From contig JBJMLN010000121.1 of the NCBI GenBank assembly GCA_045805285.1, positions 8,126 to 72,125 of the forward strand: a DNA stretch of 64,000 nt, read 5' to 3'. The DNA comes from Actinomycetota bacterium (GTDB taxonomy: Bacteria; Actinomycetota; UBA4738; JBJMLN01). Below are positions 1 through 8,941 of the stretch, piece by piece. Position numbers and translations under genes: made by a program. Numbering within the stretch: position 1 is the first letter of the stretch; each line of letters starts with the position of its first letter. The notes under the pieces were generated by a model, which was given only the letters and a program-made list of their open reading frames with translations, did not search any database and was not told where the DNA came from.

Positions 1-460
1 CGAACCAGTGATCCCATCCGGGCGGCACGTACGGACCTCGGTCGAACGGATAGTCGTTCAGGTACTTGCCGAACAGCGCCGTTCGATAGCCGGACGTGGA
101 GAGCCACGTCGCGAGCGTCGAGCGCTCGTCGAGATTCGCTCCTGTCTCGTTGTTCACGACCCCGGTATGGGAGGAGTACTCCCCGGTCAACAACGAGGCG
201 CGCGACGGACAGCACAGCGGCGTGTTGAGGAACGCGTTCGGGAAGCGGACCCACTCGCCTCCTCGATCCTCCATCTGGGACTGCAGGAACGGCATGATCG
301 GCGGCGAATGCGGAAGCGTCTCGATCGACTGGTCGTCGGTAAGGATCACCAGGACGTTCATGCGGTGGTCGGGCGCTCCGGAGCGGGTACACGCGGGCAG
401 CACCGAGAGGAGGACCAGACCGAGCGCCACGACGACCGGACGCCCGAGTAGTCTGAACAA
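1..460 (-). CDS. Sulfatase family lipoprotein (5' part; runs off window start)
   Basis: Manual translation from TTG at 460: LFRLLG...VLPAC (lipobox) ...NVLVILTDDQ...TPLCCPSRASLLTG (CxPxR formylglycine motif)...TALFGKYLN; not in the ORF track. Confidence 0.85.
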   Translation of the reverse strand, partial: MFRLLGRPVVVALGLVLLSVLPACTRSGAPDHRMNVLVILTDDQSIETLPHSPPIMPFLQSQMEDRGGEWVRFPNAFLNTPLCCPSRASLLTGEYSSHTGVVNNETGANLDERSTLATWLSTSGYRTALFGKYLNDYPFDRGPYVPPGWDHWF

Positions 461-462
461 GA

Positions 463-1707
463 CTAGTGGACGTGCGAGCTCGGAGCGTCGCCGCGGTCGC
501 GATCCAGCCAGCCCCCGGAACGCTCCTCCCGCGCGGCGACGAGACCGGCGGCGATGGAGAGCGCGATCTCCGCCGGCGTGCTCGCGCCGATGTCGAGGCC
601 GACCGGAGATCGGAGACGCGCGAGGTCGTCCTCGGTGAAGCCGCCGGCGCGGAGCGACTCCACGTACGGACCGACATGCCGGCGGCTCCCCATCATCCCG
701 ATGAACCGCGCCCGGGAGCGGAGGGCGGCCGCGACGGCCTCCGCGACGCCGGGCGCGTCGTGATCGGTAAAGACGATGACGGTTCGGTCGTCCGGCTGCG
801 CGGCCGCGATCGCGGCGGCATCCTCCACCGGCGTTGCGCGATAGCCGAGCGTGCCCGCAAGCTCCAGGAGATGCGACGCGACCGGCGTCGAGGCATGAAC
901 CAGCAAACGGGCGGCAGCGACGTGCGGCTCGAGATACACCTCCACGTCGCCGAGGTCGTGCGTGTACCGGCTGGTGCGCGGCTCTCCGGACTCGAGCACG
1001 TCTGCGGCGTCGCTGCGAGCCGCGCTGTCGAACTCCGCGCAGCCCAGCGTTCCGGAAACGGCGCTGCCGTCGGCACCGATCGTCATGCGGTTGCCGACCC
1101 GGCACGGAGGATCGCCGTGGACGCGCACCGCGATCGCCTCCACCCGGCCGCCGTCCACGCCGGGCGCCGTCGTTCCGCGACGCGACGGCGCAGGCGCATC
1201 GTGTCCGTGGTCGTGGCCCGTCGGGTGCTCTCCCGTGCGGCCGGCGAGGAGGTCGAGCGCGTGCCCCAGGATCGGAAGCAGCGCGTCGAGGCTCTCCCGG
1301 ACGCCGGTCGGACTCCCCGGGAGGTTCACGACGAGCGACTCGCCGATCGACCCGGCGACGCCGCGGGAGAGGGCCGCCTGCGGCGTCTTCTGCATCCCGG
1401 CCGCGCGCATCAGCTCCGCGAGCCCGGGCGCCTCACGATCGATCACCGAGCTCGTCGCCTCCGGCGTCACGTCGCGAGGTCCGAACCCGGTTCCCCCCGT
1501 CGTCACGATCAGGCCGACGCCGTCGGTGACCAGCTCCCTCAGCCGGCCCTCGATCTCTCCGCGCTCGTCGGCCACGAGGGAGCGCTCCACCGCGCCGAAG
1601 CCCGCCGAGCGCAGCGACGACTCCGCAACGTCTCCCGAACGGTCCTCGCGCGTGCCCGCGGTGACGCCGTCGGAGACCGTGAGCACCGCGGCCCGCACGC
1701 CATCCAT
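463..1707 (-). CDS. MogA/MoaB molybdopterin adenylyltransferase domain fused to XdhC/CoxI-family domain
   Basis: C-terminal part of ORF 463..3066. [13 protein letters not shown]...[16 protein letters not shown]...VNLPGSP (MogA), His-rich linker, then SGTLGC...FIGMMGSRR...[22 protein letters not shown] (XdhC). Confidence 0.85.
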   Translation of the reverse strand: MDGVRAAVLTVSDGVTAGTREDRSGDVAESSLRSAGFGAVERSLVADERGEIEGRLRELVTDGVGLIVTTGGTGFGPRDVTPEATSSVIDREAPGLAELMRAAGMQKTPQAALSRGVAGSIGESLVVNLPGSPTGVRESLDALLPILGHALDLLAGRTGEHPTGHDHGHDAPAPSRRGTTAPGVDGGRVEAIAVRVHGDPPCRVGNRMTIGADGSAVSGTLGCAEFDSAARSDAADVLESGEPRTSRYTHDLGDVEVYLEPHVAAARLLVHASTPVASHLLELAGTLGYRATPVEDAAAIAAAQPDDRTVIVFTDHDAPGVAEAVAAALRSRARFIGMMGSRRHVGPYVESLRAGGFTEDDLARLRSPVGLDIGASTPAEIALSIAAGLVAAREERSGGWLDRDRGDAPSSHVH

Positions 1708-1776
1708 CCGCCTATTGTGAACGTTCGGGCCCGGTTTCCGGTGGGTACGGCAGGAGCGCCCCTGACGGGAGGTCTG

Positions 1777-2061
1777 ATGAGCAAACGGCAGGACTGGATC
1801 GACGATCTCGCCTCGACGCTCGGCGAGGAGCCGCTCACACCCTCGGAGCGCAACGCCCTCCTCGGCGCCGCCCGCGACGTCGCCCACCGGGTCGAGCGCA
1901 AGATCACACCGCTCTCCACGTTCCTGCTCGGCGAGGCGACCGGCCGCGCGCAGGCCTCGGGCGCGTCCCGCGACGAGGCGCTCCGGAGCGTGCTCGACCG
2001 GCTGGCGTCGCTGATACCGGTCGAGGAGGGCGAGGAGCGCGACGGCGCTCCCGAGCCGTGA
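1777..2061 (+). CDS. Small DUF6457-like protein (Moco-gene associated)
   Basis: GGAGG RBS then ATG 1777; WIDDLA...[25 protein letters not shown] resembles the actinobacterial DUF6457 pattern; lies between mogA and moaA. Confidence 0.65.
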   Translation: MSKRQDWIDDLASTLGEEPLTPSERNALLGAARDVAHRVERKITPLSTFLLGEATGRAQASGASRDEALRSVLDRLASLIPVEEGEERDGAPEP

Positions 2062-2109
2062 CGGCCCGCTGCCGCGTCCGAACCGTGCGCCGGTAGGCTG
2101 GAGGGGCCC

Positions 2110-3114
2110 ATGGACGCCTCCCCGACCCGCGCGCCGCTCGTCGACTCCTTCGATCGCGTCGCCGACGACCTCCGGGTCTCGGTAACGGACCGCTGCAACT
2201 TCCGCTGCACGTACTGCATGCCGGCGGAGGGCCTGGCGTGGCTCCCGAGATCGGAGATCCTGACGTTCGAGGAGATGACGCGCCTGCTCGGTGTGTTCCG
2301 GTCGCTCGGCGTGCGTTCGATCAAGGTGACGGGCGGGGAGCCGACCGTGCGCGCGGATCTCCCCAAGCTCGTCGGGATGTTCCGCGAGGCGGGGCCGGAG
2401 CTCGACATCTCCATGACGACGAACGGAACGCTCCTGGACCGGCTGGCCGAACCGCTCGCGCGCGCCGGCCTCGACCGCGTGTCGATCTCCTGCGACTCGC
2501 TCCTGCGTCACCGCTTCGCGGAAATGACGAGGCGCGACGCATTGGAGAAGGTCATGAACGGCGTCCGCGCGGCGGACGCGGCCGGCCTGACCCCGATCAA
2601 GATCAACTGCGTGCTGATCGGCGGTCAGAACGACGACGAGGTCGTGGAGTTCGCACGTTGGTCGCGCGAGACCGGACACCTCGTCCGGTTCATCGAGTAC
2701 ATGCCGCTCGACGCCGAGCACGCGTGGGAGCGCGCTAAGGTCGTTCCCTCGATCCAGGTGCTGGAGCGGATCGCCGCCGTGTTCCCGCTCGAGGCGACCG
2801 GCCATCCGGGCGATCCCGCGACGACCTACCGGTTCGCGGACGGCGCTCCCGGCGGGGTCGGCGTGATCGCCTCCGTCACCGAACCGTTCTGCGACACCTG
2901 CAACCGCCTGCGGCTGACGGCCGAGGGTCAGTTCCGCTCGTGTCTGTTCTCCCTCGACGAGGTGGATCTCCGCGGCCCGCTGCGCGCCGGCGCGGACGAC
3001 GACGAGCTGGCGGAGCTGATCCGCGGCGGTGTGGAGCGGAAGTGGGCCGGCCACCGGATCAATCACCCCGACTTCGTGCAGCCCGCGAAGAGCATGTCGA
3101 TGATCGGCGGCTGA
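2110..3114 (+). CDS. moaA: GTP 3',8-cyclase (radical SAM)
   Basis: [18 protein letters not shown] (CX3CX2C), TGGEP, C-terminal [10 protein letters not shown]...C, ends MSMIGG. Confidence 0.97.
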   Translation: MDASPTRAPLVDSFDRVADDLRVSVTDRCNFRCTYCMPAEGLAWLPRSEILTFEEMTRLLGVFRSLGVRSIKVTGGEPTVRADLPKLVGMFREAGPELDISMTTNGTLLDRLAEPLARAGLDRVSISCDSLLRHRFAEMTRRDALEKVMNGVRAADAAGLTPIKINCVLIGGQNDDEVVEFARWSRETGHLVRFIEYMPLDAEHAWERAKVVPSIQVLERIAAVFPLEATGHPGDPATTYRFADGAPGGVGVIASVTEPFCDTCNRLRLTAEGQFRSCLFSLDEVDLRGPLRAGADDDELAELIRGGVERKWAGHRINHPDFVQPAKSMSMIGG

Positions 3115-3120
3115 GCCGGC

Positions 3121-3834
3121 CTACAGGCCGGCGAGCTTCGCGAGGCCGTCCACGTTCGCCAGCACGTAGCGGCGACCGTCGCGGTCGATCAGTTTCCGGC
3201 GCTGGAAGTCGGAGAGGATCCGCGTGACGTTCTCCCGGCTCCCGCCGCAGAGGCTCGCGAGGTCCGCGTGCGTGACGACCGAGGGGATCACAGCTCCGTC
3301 GGACGGGAGCTCCTCCAGGTCGCTCACGAGGCCGAGGAGACGCTTCGCCACCCGGCCCTTCAGGTCGAGGAACAGCAGGTCGTCGACGAGGGACTCGTGA
3401 GCGGTCACCTGCCTCGCCAGCGCTCGTAGGAGCGCCCGTGACGCCGCCGGCTCCTTGGAGATGAAGCTCGCGAACGCGTCTCCGTCGACGACCCAGACCT
3501 CGGAGTCCACGAGCGCCATCGCCGTCGAGGTGCGTTTGAGGTCTCCGAGGACGCCGATCTCGCCGAAGAACTGCGAGCCCTCCAGCGTCGTCAGGAGCTG
3601 CCGGTGGCCGGTCGCGGAGAGGGAGCTCACCTCGACGCGGCCGTCGTGGAGGAAGAAGACCTCCGGAGCCTCGTCGCCCTGGTGGAACAGGTAGGTACCG
3701 CGCCGGTACTCCCGGACGGACCCGCGGCCGGCGAGCTGGCGCACCGACACCGCGGAGACGGATTCCATGATCGGGCTGCCGGACATCGCAGCCTCGATGC
3801 CCCGAAGCGCGGTTCCCCCCGTCCGCGTCGCCAC
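3121..3834 (-). CDS. Crp/Fnr family transcriptional regulator
   Basis: LFHQGD...FFGEIGVLGDLKRTST cNMP domain; THADLASLCGGSRENVTRILSDF HTH; TAGATT -10 six nt before GTG. Confidence 0.93.
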   Translation of the reverse strand: MATRTGGTALRGIEAAMSGSPIMESVSAVSVRQLAGRGSVREYRRGTYLFHQGDEAPEVFFLHDGRVEVSSLSATGHRQLLTTLEGSQFFGEIGVLGDLKRTSTAMALVDSEVWVVDGDAFASFISKEPAASRALLRALARQVTAHESLVDDLLFLDLKGRVAKRLLGLVSDLEELPSDGAVIPSVVTHADLASLCGGSRENVTRILSDFQRRKLIDRDGRRYVLANVDGLAKLAGL

Positions 3835-3916
3835 GGAGCGAATCTACCTGCGGGAACGGCTCGCGGGAAGCCCTCCTTGCGGACTCCGCCAAACGCAAAC
3901 GGGCACGCGGAACGCG

Positions 3917-3948
3917 AAAACGGGCCCGGGAGCGATCCCGAGCCCGTT
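3917..3948 (-). terminator. Rho-independent terminator after the tandem peptide genes
   Basis: Minus strand AACGGGCTCGGGA-TCGC-TCCCGGGCCCGTT stem-loop (one G:U pair) running into a T tract. Confidence 0.75.
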
Positions 3949-3966
3949 CCGAAAGCCTTTGCGCTC

Positions 3967-4089
3967 TTACCGAGCGTGGACCTTCTTGAAGGTCTTCCGC
4001 TTGGTCACCCGCGTCGCGGCGGTCTTCGCGGAGGACGTCTCCGCCTTCTCCGCGGCCGGCTTCGCCGGAGCGATCTTCTTCTGTGCCAT
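3967..4089 (-). CDS. 40-aa Lys-rich peptide B (MAQKKIAPAKPAAEKAETSSAKTAATRVTKRKTFKKVHAR)
   Basis: Below ORF-track cutoff; GAGGAGGG RBS, ATG..TAA, all Lys as AAG, clear paralogy to peptide A. Confidence 0.8.
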   Translation of the reverse strand: MAQKKIAPAKPAAEKAETSSAKTAATRVTKRKTFKKVHAR

Positions 4090-4146
4090 CCGAGTTCCCT
4101 CCTCGTCCCTGCTCGGTCGTGGTGCGGTGGTGCGGTTGTCGCGAAG

Positions 4147-4284
4147 CTACTTGTAGTGCGCCCTCTTCATGGTCTTCTTCTTGAGCGGGCGCTTCTTCGT
4201 CACGCGGCTCGCTGCGGCGGTGGCCGTGGACTTCGAGGCCTTGGAGCTCTCCGGCTTGGCCGGTGTGACCTTCTTGTCTGCCAT
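4147..4284 (-). CDS. 45-aa Lys-rich peptide A (MADKKVTPAKPESSKASKSTATAAASRVTKKRPLKKKTMKRAHYK)
   Basis: GGGGAGGT RBS before ATG 4284; C-terminal part of track ORF 4147..4362; paralog of peptide B. Confidence 0.8.
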   Translation of the reverse strand: MADKKVTPAKPESSKASKSTATAAASRVTKKRPLKKKTMKRAHYK

Positions 4285-4347
4285 CCTGGTGCACCTCCCC
4301 CTCGTCCGATCGCTGGTGTTATCCAACTCCTCCGCAGGGCAGAGGTG

Positions 4348-4409
4348 TGTGCCATCCGTCACGGGATGTGTGTGTTCTCCATCACGGCGATCCTGTGACG
4401 GGCGTCACA
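4348..4409. promoter_or_regulatory. Three CRP/GlxR-type boxes at 23-bp period
   Basis: TGTGC-CATCCG-TCACG (4348-4363), TGTGT-TCTCCA-TCACG (4371-4386), perfect TGTGA-CGGGCG-TCACA (4394-4409). Confidence 0.8.
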
Positions 4410-4414
4410 CGTGC

Positions 4415-4624
4415 TCAGTCGAGCTCCGGCAGGTCGATCGGGTCCGGCCGCGGGGTACAGGCGCCGCAGTAGAGCGCGTCCTCCACGACGAGCGCCTTCC
4501 GGACGTCCTTGCTGCGGAAGAGCTCGAGGATGTACGGCTGGGTCTCGACGTGGTCCTCGCAGATGCCGCGTCCGCAGAAACGGCACGCTCCGACCGCGGT
4601 TCGGCGGCAGTGCCAGCAATCCAT
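4415..4624 (-). CDS. 69-aa Cys/His-rich zinc-finger-like protein
   Basis: CWHC-x7-CRFC-x4-C-x2-H...CGAC; GGGAG RBS just after the upstream protease stop. Confidence 0.8.
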   Translation of the reverse strand: MDCWHCRRTAVGACRFCGRGICEDHVETQPYILELFRSKDVRKALVVEDALYCGACTPRPDPIDLPELD

Positions 4625-4636
4625 CTCCCGCTCCCC

Positions 4637-6937
4637 TCAGTTCGCCTGGACCCTGCTCAGGTTCACCTTCGTCTCCAGCGATCCCTTCCGGAACGCGTCG
4701 CCCACCAGCGCGTCGAAGCCCTCGCGGTCGAGACGGTACGCGCGAACCGGCGTCCGTGCTCGGACCGTCGCGGTGCGCGGCACGTCGAGGAGCAGCGCGA
4801 TCTCCCCGACGTAGGAGCCCGGCCCGACCGTTCCGACCTGCTCGCCGTCCTTGAGGACCTCCATCTGGCCCGAGCGGATCGCGTAGAAGGCGTCTCCGGC
4901 CTCGCCCTGCTCGATGATCGTCTCGCCGGGCGGGACGTTCACCCACTCCCCGTGCTCCAGGAGCTCGTTCAGCTCGTCGGGCTCCAGATGCGAGAAAGCC
5001 GAGAGCTCCCGGAGATCGTTCACGGCCTGCAACGTCGGCGCGAACTCCGGCACGTGGATCATGTCGGCGAGGAGACGATCGAACGTTCCCTTGTCGACCT
5101 CGAACAGCTGCGACTCCTCCGTGGCCCGGACGGTCGCCGCGCGCGGGGCGGCCTCGACGAGGCCGAGCTCGCCGAAGGACTCTCCGCGCGTGATCGTCCG
5201 CAGCACCCGCTCGTTCGCGCCGTTCGGGTCCTCCTCGACGATGTTGAGCGCTCCGGAGCGGACGACGTAGAAGGCGTCGGCGCGCTCTCCCTGGCGAACG
5301 ACCGGCTGTCCGGGGGCGAACGTCCGGAGCTTCACGCGGCCCGCGAGGTCGGAGAGCACGTCCTCCGGCACGTCGTCGAAGATCGGCAGCGCGTCGATCA
5401 GCTCCGCGGCCTCGACGCGCCACTTCGTCTCGAGCCTGAACCGCACGCGGTCCCCGAGGGCGCGGAGCCTCCTCGCCGCCGCCCTGACGAGCCCGATCGC
5501 GCCACGGACGAGCGGTCCCGCGATGAGGAGCGCGAGCAGCAGGAGGAACGCGCGGCCGAGGATGCCGCCGTTCCACATCTTTCCGAGGAGCCCGGCGAAG
5601 ATCTGCTTCCAGAAGAAGAACGACAGGTACAGCGAGAAGATCGTGAACGCGACGCCGAGGAGACCGTACAGACCGAGTCCCCATTCCTGCCTCGTGAAGC
5701 CTTCGCGCGTCCGGATCTTGTGCCACATGTCGTGCTGGATGAACGCGAGCGACCGCGGACGCAGATCCGGCACCTGGATCACGTCGGAGAGGATCCAGTA
5801 GCCGTCGAGCTCCAGGAGCGGAACGAGGTTCATGAAGATCACGAGGTAGCCGAGCACCGCGAACTGGTACAGCACCTTGGAGAGGAAGAAGTCCGGATAC
5901 GCCCACGCGATCATCGCGGCGATCCCCGCCATCACCGTCTCCGCGTATGGTCCGCCGAGCGCCTGCATGATCCGCTGGCGCCGCTCCAGCATCAGGCCGT
6001 CGGAGCCCTCCACGAAGAATGCGGGCGAGCCGAAATAGACCATGAACCCGGCGCTCTTCACCTGGCGGCCGTAGCGGAGCAGCACGATCGCGTGACCCAT
6101 CTCGTGGACGAAGGTGGAGACGTAGTCGAGGACCGTCAGCACGATGAAGGCGAGCGCCACCGTGCTGCCGCCGAGCGAGAAGCGGTGCGACTGCACGAGC
6201 TCCCAGAACGCCACGAACCCCGCGACGCAGATGCCGACGCTCACGATCTGGGCCGGCCACGTGAACCAGAGCTTGAGCCCGTGGTCGTAGAACCAGCGCA
6301 CGAACCCGTCGGCGTGGTCCCACTCGATCGAAAGCGTCTTCGCGAACCCGCGCAGCTTCTTCCGCGTCGCCGACGCGGGATCGAGCCGGTCGCGCACGAG
6401 CTGCTCGGAGTCGACGTAGGGCGTGGTGAGGAAGTTCCCGACGAGCAGCGCCTGGGTGATCTCCGCGACGCGGGTGAGCTCGAGGTCTCCGGATTCCTGG
6501 AACCGCTCGACGACAATCTCCTTCACGGTCCGCGTTCCGTCCATCAATCCGATGATGTCCGCAGCGTCCGCTTCGAACTGGTAGTGGATGATGTCGCGCG
6601 GGTTCGCGACCATCGTGTAGTCGTTGCCCCACTTGAGGCGAAAGACCTTGATCTCGATGTCCGGCGCGAGCTGCGGCCGGAACTCCGCTGGATCGACGAG
6701 CTCGGAGAGCCGCCCGTAGACGTCGCTCTCGACCTCCTCCTCGGGCGGGAGCTCCGCGAGACCGCCGATGGGAGCGCCCTTCCGCCCGTTCGGCGCCGCC
6801 ACGAGCCCCTTGCCGACCACGGCGTAGACGGAGTTCCGCGCGCGAGCCGCGGCGCGCCGGTGGGAGGCGAACAGGTTCCCGAAGATCACGCTCGCGAGCA
6901 GCACCAACGCGAGCGCCCCGACGATCGTTCCGACCAT
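4637..6937 (-). CDS. Membrane M50 metalloprotease with N-terminal PqqD/RRE-like domain and two C-terminal cNMP-binding domains
   Basis: LMDGTRTVKEIV (PqqD-like), HEMGH (HExxH), NLVPLLELDG (M50 NxxPxxxxDG), several TM helices, FGELGLVEAAPRAATV and VGEIALLLDVPRTATV phosphate-binding cassettes. Confidence 0.88.
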   Translation of the reverse strand: MVGTIVGALALVLLASVIFGNLFASHRRAAARARNSVYAVVGKGLVAAPNGRKGAPIGGLAELPPEEEVESDVYGRLSELVDPAEFRPQLAPDIEIKVFRLKWGNDYTMVANPRDIIHYQFEADAADIIGLMDGTRTVKEIVVERFQESGDLELTRVAEITQALLVGNFLTTPYVDSEQLVRDRLDPASATRKKLRGFAKTLSIEWDHADGFVRWFYDHGLKLWFTWPAQIVSVGICVAGFVAFWELVQSHRFSLGGSTVALAFIVLTVLDYVSTFVHEMGHAIVLLRYGRQVKSAGFMVYFGSPAFFVEGSDGLMLERRQRIMQALGGPYAETVMAGIAAMIAWAYPDFFLSKVLYQFAVLGYLVIFMNLVPLLELDGYWILSDVIQVPDLRPRSLAFIQHDMWHKIRTREGFTRQEWGLGLYGLLGVAFTIFSLYLSFFFWKQIFAGLLGKMWNGGILGRAFLLLLALLIAGPLVRGAIGLVRAAARRLRALGDRVRFRLETKWRVEAAELIDALPIFDDVPEDVLSDLAGRVKLRTFAPGQPVVRQGERADAFYVVRSGALNIVEEDPNGANERVLRTITRGESFGELGLVEAAPRAATVRATEESQLFEVDKGTFDRLLADMIHVPEFAPTLQAVNDLRELSAFSHLEPDELNELLEHGEWVNVPPGETIIEQGEAGDAFYAIRSGQMEVLKDGEQVGTVGPGSYVGEIALLLDVPRTATVRARTPVRAYRLDREGFDALVGDAFRKGSLETKVNLSRVQAN

Positions 6938-7012
6938 CCGCCCCCCTTCTCGACCGGTCGGGACGCATCTTTCCGCATGCGTGCCCGAGGTTCCACCCGA
7001 GGCCGCTCCGGG

Positions 7013-8941
7013 CTACCGGTTCTTGATGGCGACCGGCTCCACCGGATCGGCCAGCTCGAAGCCGAAGACCCGGGAGTAGAAATACAGCTCGGCCTCGAGC
7101 GTCCGCACGATCGTCTCCTGACGGCGGAATCCGTGTTGCTCTCCCTCGAAGGCGAGGTAGGCGTACGGAAGGCCCTTCTCCTCGAGGCTCCGGACCATCT
7201 GCTCCGCCTGCTCGGGAGGAACGACCTCGTCTTCCAGCCCCTGGAACAGGATCACCGGGCAGGACAGGCGCTCCGTGAAGTGGACCGGAGACCGCTCGCG
7301 GTACCGCTCCACCTCCTCCGGATACGGTCCGACGAGCCCGTCGAGGTAGCGCGACTCGAACTTGTGCGTGTCGCGCGCGAGCGCCTCCAGGTCACCGACG
7401 CCGTAGTAGCTCGCGCCCGCGGAGAACGCGTCGGTGAACGTCAGCGCGCAGAGCGTCGTGTAGCCGCCGGCGCTCCCGCCCGCGATCGCGAGGCGCGAGC
7501 CGTCGACGTCTCCGCGTTCGGCAAGGAACTTCGCCGCGTTCACGCAGTCGGCTAGGTCGACCTCTCCCCACCGGCCTCGGAGTCGGTTCCGGTACTCGCG
7601 GCCGTAGCCGGTGCTTCCTCCGTAGTTGACGTCGAGGACCGCGATCCCGCGCGTCGTCCAGTACTGGACCTCTAGGTCGAGCTCGTCGGAGACGTTCGAC
7701 GTCGGACCTCCGTGGCTGTGGACCACCAGAGGCGGACGCTCGTCCTCCGGCGCCGAGAACTCCGGGTTCCGGGGCGGATAGAAGAACGCGTGGGCGGTGT
7801 GGCCCTCCTCGGTCGGGAACTCGACCCGCTGTGCGGTGGAGAGGTATCGGTGGTCGAGGCTCCGCTCGCGGCCGCGGTAAAGGACCTCCGGCTCTCCGGC
7901 GGTGGGATCGAGCGCGAACACCGCGGGAAACTCCGACGCGGTGAGGCCGATCATCAGGATGCGCTCCCCGTCCGATCGGAGATACCGCGCGTCGACCGCG
8001 AGTCCGAGGTCGCGGAGCGGCTTCCCGGGCTCGACGAGCCCGAGATGGGACTCCCCGCCTTGCTCGAACGCGCACGCGATCCGTCGTCCGGAGAGGAACG
8101 AGTAGCGCGAGTACCCGAAGTTCCATGCCGGCAGTGCGAACTCCGCGTCGAGCGGGGCGAGCGCCGTCGCGTCTCCGTCGGCCTCGGTTCGGTACAGGTT
8201 CCACCAGCCGGTGCGGTCGGAGACGTAATGCAGCTCGCCCTCCGGACTCCATTCCGGTTGTGCGATCGATTCCTCGGGGCCGCCGGCGATGCGACGCGCT
8301 TCGTGGAGTCCGTGTTCGGGATCGAACGGCGCGACGGAGAGCTCCGTGCCGTCCCACGGCATCCGCGGGTGATCCCACGCGAGCCACGCGAGCTGGGTTC
8401 CGTCGGGGCTCAGCCGCGGGCTGGAGTAGAAATCGTGGCCACCGGTGAGCGTCCGAGGCTCGACACTGCCGTCGCTTGCGAGGATCGCAAGCTCGTTGAC
8501 CACGCCGTCGGGCTCGTGGCGCTCGCGGACGCAGATGAGCCAATTTCCGTCGGGCGTCGCGCGCATGTCGGCGTAGCGGATCGACGCGGGCGCCGGCGGC
8601 TGGGGCGTGATCGGACGCGGCTCGCCGTCGCCGTCCTGGCGATAGAGCCTCTGGTCGGCGAAGTTCGCGAAGAACGTCTGCGCGCCGTCGACGAGCACCG
8701 CTCCTCCGCCGTACTCGTGCACTCGGGTGCGGACGTTGAAGCCCTCGGGCGTGACGTCGGAGAGCGTTCCGTCAGCGTCGCGTCGCATCAGGACGGAGCG
8801 GCCGCCCTCCGTCGGGCGTCGCTGCAGCCAGAACAGCGAGCCGCCGGAGACCTGCAGTTCCGCGATCGATGCTCCGGCCTCCGCGACGACCGCTGCCGAG
8901 AGCGGAGAGCGCCAGGAGCCGTACGGAGCGCTCTCAACCAC
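7013..8941 (-). CDS. S9 family peptidase (acylaminoacyl/dipeptidyl peptidase)
   Basis: APYGSWRSP start, HGGP, GGSAGG nucleophile motif, FQGLEDEVV, EGEQHGFR. Confidence 0.95.
   Translation of the reverse strand: MVESAPYGSWRSPLSAAVVAEAGASIAELQVSGGSLFWLQRRPTEGGRSVLMRRDADGTLSDVTPEGFNVRTRVHEYGGGAVLVDGAQTFFANFADQRLYRQDGDGEPRPITPQPPAPASIRYADMRATPDGNWLICVRERHEPDGVVNELAILASDGSVEPRTLTGGHDFYSSPRLSPDGTQLAWLAWDHPRMPWDGTELSVAPFDPEHGLHEARRIAGGPEESIAQPEWSPEGELHYVSDRTGWWNLYRTEADGDATALAPLDAEFALPAWNFGYSRYSFLSGRRIACAFEQGGESHLGLVEPGKPLRDLGLAVDARYLRSDGERILMIGLTASEFPAVFALDPTAGEPEVLYRGRERSLDHRYLSTAQRVEFPTEEGHTAHAFFYPPRNPEFSAPEDERPPLVVHSHGGPTSNVSDELDLEVQYWTTRGIAVLDVNYGGSTGYGREYRNRLRGRWGEVDLADCVNAAKFLAERGDVDGSRLAIAGGSAGGYTTLCALTFTDAFSAGASYYGVGDLEALARDTHKFESRYLDGLVGPYPEEVERYRERSPVHFTERLSCPVILFQGLEDEVVPPEQAEQMVRSLEEKGLPYAYLAFEGEQHGFRRQETIVRTLEAELYFYSRVFGFELADPVEPVAIKNR

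Noticed and set aside
2110-3114. Radical SAM gene as a tailoring enzyme for the tandem peptides
   Set aside because: It is a typical MoaA with Moco neighbours, on the opposite strand.
4348-4416. 23-bp periodic repeats as a mini-CRISPR or iteron array
   Set aside because: Only three units, no spacers, and conservation is limited to the CRP half-sites.
4169-7555. 1128-aa plus-strand ORF and similar long ORFs (14709..16994, 56003..58327, 22473..24188, 24548..26413, 61064..63067)
   Set aside because: Antisense or off-frame shadows of well-supported genes, expected in high-GC DNA; they contain no recognisable motifs.
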